This document shows, piece by piece, positions 62,555-64,000 of a DNA stretch of 64,000 bases (positions within the stretch are counted from its first letter, which is position 1; every line of letters begins with the position of its first letter). The DNA comes from an uncultured Candidatus Micrarchaeota archaeon. GTDB lineage: Archaea > Micrarchaeota > Micrarchaeia > Anstonellales > Bilamarchaeaceae. The translations under genes were made by a program, and so were the position numbers. The notes under the pieces are model-generated. The model had not been told where the DNA came from and made no database searches. It was given only the letters and a program-made list of their open reading frames with translations. The stretch is from contig OY970229.1 in NCBI GenBank assembly GCA_963714085.1, forward strand, positions 1,120,001 to 1,184,000, read 5' to 3'.

Positions 62555-63976
62555 ATGAAGACCCGCACCGAAGAGGATTTCATCGGCAAAATCGAAGTCC
62601 CCGAGGACGCGTACTACGGCTGTTTCACGGTGCGAGCGTCCGGCACATTCAAGCTCAGCGGCCAGAAGGTCGACCTGAGGCTCATAAGGGCGGTCGCGCT
62701 CATAAAAAAGGCCGCGGCAGCCGCGAATGCCGAGCTCGGCACGCTGGACAAGAGGAACGCGGAAGCCATAATGCAGGCTTCGGACGAGGTCATGGCAGGG
62801 AAGTTCGATTCCGAGTTCATAATAGACGCGTTCCAGGCCGGCGCAGGCACCCCGCTGCACATGAACGTGAACGAGGTGGTCGCCAACCGCGCCAACGAGC
62901 TGCTAGGAGGCAGAAAAGGCGCGTATTCCCCGGTCCATCCGAACAACCACGTCAACATGGCGCAGAGCTCCAACGACGTCACGCCCACTGCGTTGAGGCT
63001 GTCCTGCCTGCTCTCGCGCAAAGAATTGCTTGAGAGCATGGAAGCGCTCGAGGAATCCTTCGCGAAACTCGGCTCCGAGCACCAGAAAACCCTCAAGTCC
63101 GGCCGCACGCATCTCATGGACGCGGTCCCCATAACCTACGGGCAGGCGTTCTCGGCATGGGCAGGATCTATAGCCAGCGACCGGATGGGCGTCGTGGCGG
63201 CATCAGAGCGCCTCCTGGAGCTCGGTTTAGGTGGCACCGCGGTCGGGACCGGCATAAACACGCATCCTGGGTTCAAGAATAAAGTCGCGGCGAAGATAAA
63301 GGAGTTCTCTGGCCTGGATGTCCACCCTGCGGAGGACACAGTACGGACCACGAACGACATGAACTGCTTCCTAGCGCTCAGCGGCTCGTTACGCTGCTAC
63401 GCATCCACGCTCAACCGCATCTGCAACGACCTGCGGCTCCTGGGCTCAGGCCCGAACGCCGGCATAGCCGAGCTCGTCCTGCCCGCGGTGGAGCCCGGTT
63501 CCTCCATAATGCCCGGGAAGGTCAATCCATCTGTACCAGAAGCCGTCAGCATGTGCTGCTGGCAGGTGTGCGGCAACGACCGCGCCATCGAGCTCGCGGT
63601 GCAGTCCGGCCAGTTGGAGCTGAACTGGGGGACCCCTTTGATAGGTAACGGCCTGCTCCAGTCCATGGAGCTCCTTGTCAACGCGTCCTCCACGCTGCGT
63701 GTTAAATGCGTCGAAGGGCTGAAAGTCGACGAGAGGCGCGTTGCAGGGCTGCTCGACAAGTCCTTTGTCTATGCGACCGCGTTCAACCCTTATCTCGGCT
63801 ACTCGCTGGTATCAAAGCTCGTGACCGAATCCAACGCGACCGGCGTTCCCCTGAGAGAGCTCATCCTGCAAAAAGGGCTCATGGAGAAGAAGGACATCGA
63901 CGCGGTGATCGCGTCCGCGTCAGGGCCTTCGCTAACGGACAAGGAGCTGAAAGAAAGAGTGAAAGGCGCGCGCTAG
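62555..63976 (+). CDS. Aspartate ammonia-lyase / class II fumarase
   Basis: FQAGAGT, HPNNHVNMAQSSND, GRTHLMDA, GSSIMPGKVNP. Confidence 0.92.
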   Translation: MKTRTEEDFIGKIEVPEDAYYGCFTVRASGTFKLSGQKVDLRLIRAVALIKKAAAAANAELGTLDKRNAEAIMQASDEVMAGKFDSEFIIDAFQAGAGTPLHMNVNEVVANRANELLGGRKGAYSPVHPNNHVNMAQSSNDVTPTALRLSCLLSRKELLESMEALEESFAKLGSEHQKTLKSGRTHLMDAVPITYGQAFSAWAGSIASDRMGVVAASERLLELGLGGTAVGTGINTHPGFKNKVAAKIKEFSGLDVHPAEDTVRTTNDMNCFLALSGSLRCYASTLNRICNDLRLLGSGPNAGIAELVLPAVEPGSSIMPGKVNPSVPEAVSMCCWQVCGNDRAIELAVQSGQLELNWGTPLIGNGLLQSMELLVNASSTLRVKCVEGLKVDERRVAGLLDKSFVYATAFNPYLGYSLVSKLVTESNATGVPLRELILQKGLMEKKDIDAVIASASGPSLTDKELKERVKGAR

Positions 63977-64000
63977 ATTCAACCGAGGAACCTTCTCATG

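Overview
Archaeal chromosomal window with a GC-rich core, TATA-box promoters and many overlapping start/stop codons. Gene content suggests a DPANN archaeon, most like Micrarchaeota (inference). It holds the end of the exosome superoperon (rrp41, rrp42, rpl37Ae, rpoP, Brix, pcc1, prefoldin beta, DHH). Housekeeping genes include purA, purSL, purD, pyrC, eno, pgk, ahcY, lysA, valS, argS, ileS, topA, rfcS, aIF1A, aIF2beta, rio1, sepF and scpA. There is a tRNA-Ser(UGA) with a T-loop intron and a perfect bulge-helix-bulge. Three VirB2/TrbC-like pilin paralogs are interleaved with GT-C glycosyltransferases, and one surface protein has a hexapeptide N-glycosylation repeat. Three tnpB-only IS200/IS605 elements are present: reconstructed empty sites put two in TATA boxes, and the third splits a reconstructable gene. 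A candidate structured RNA lies upstream of ahcY. All family calls come from motif recognition by eye; no database searches were run.
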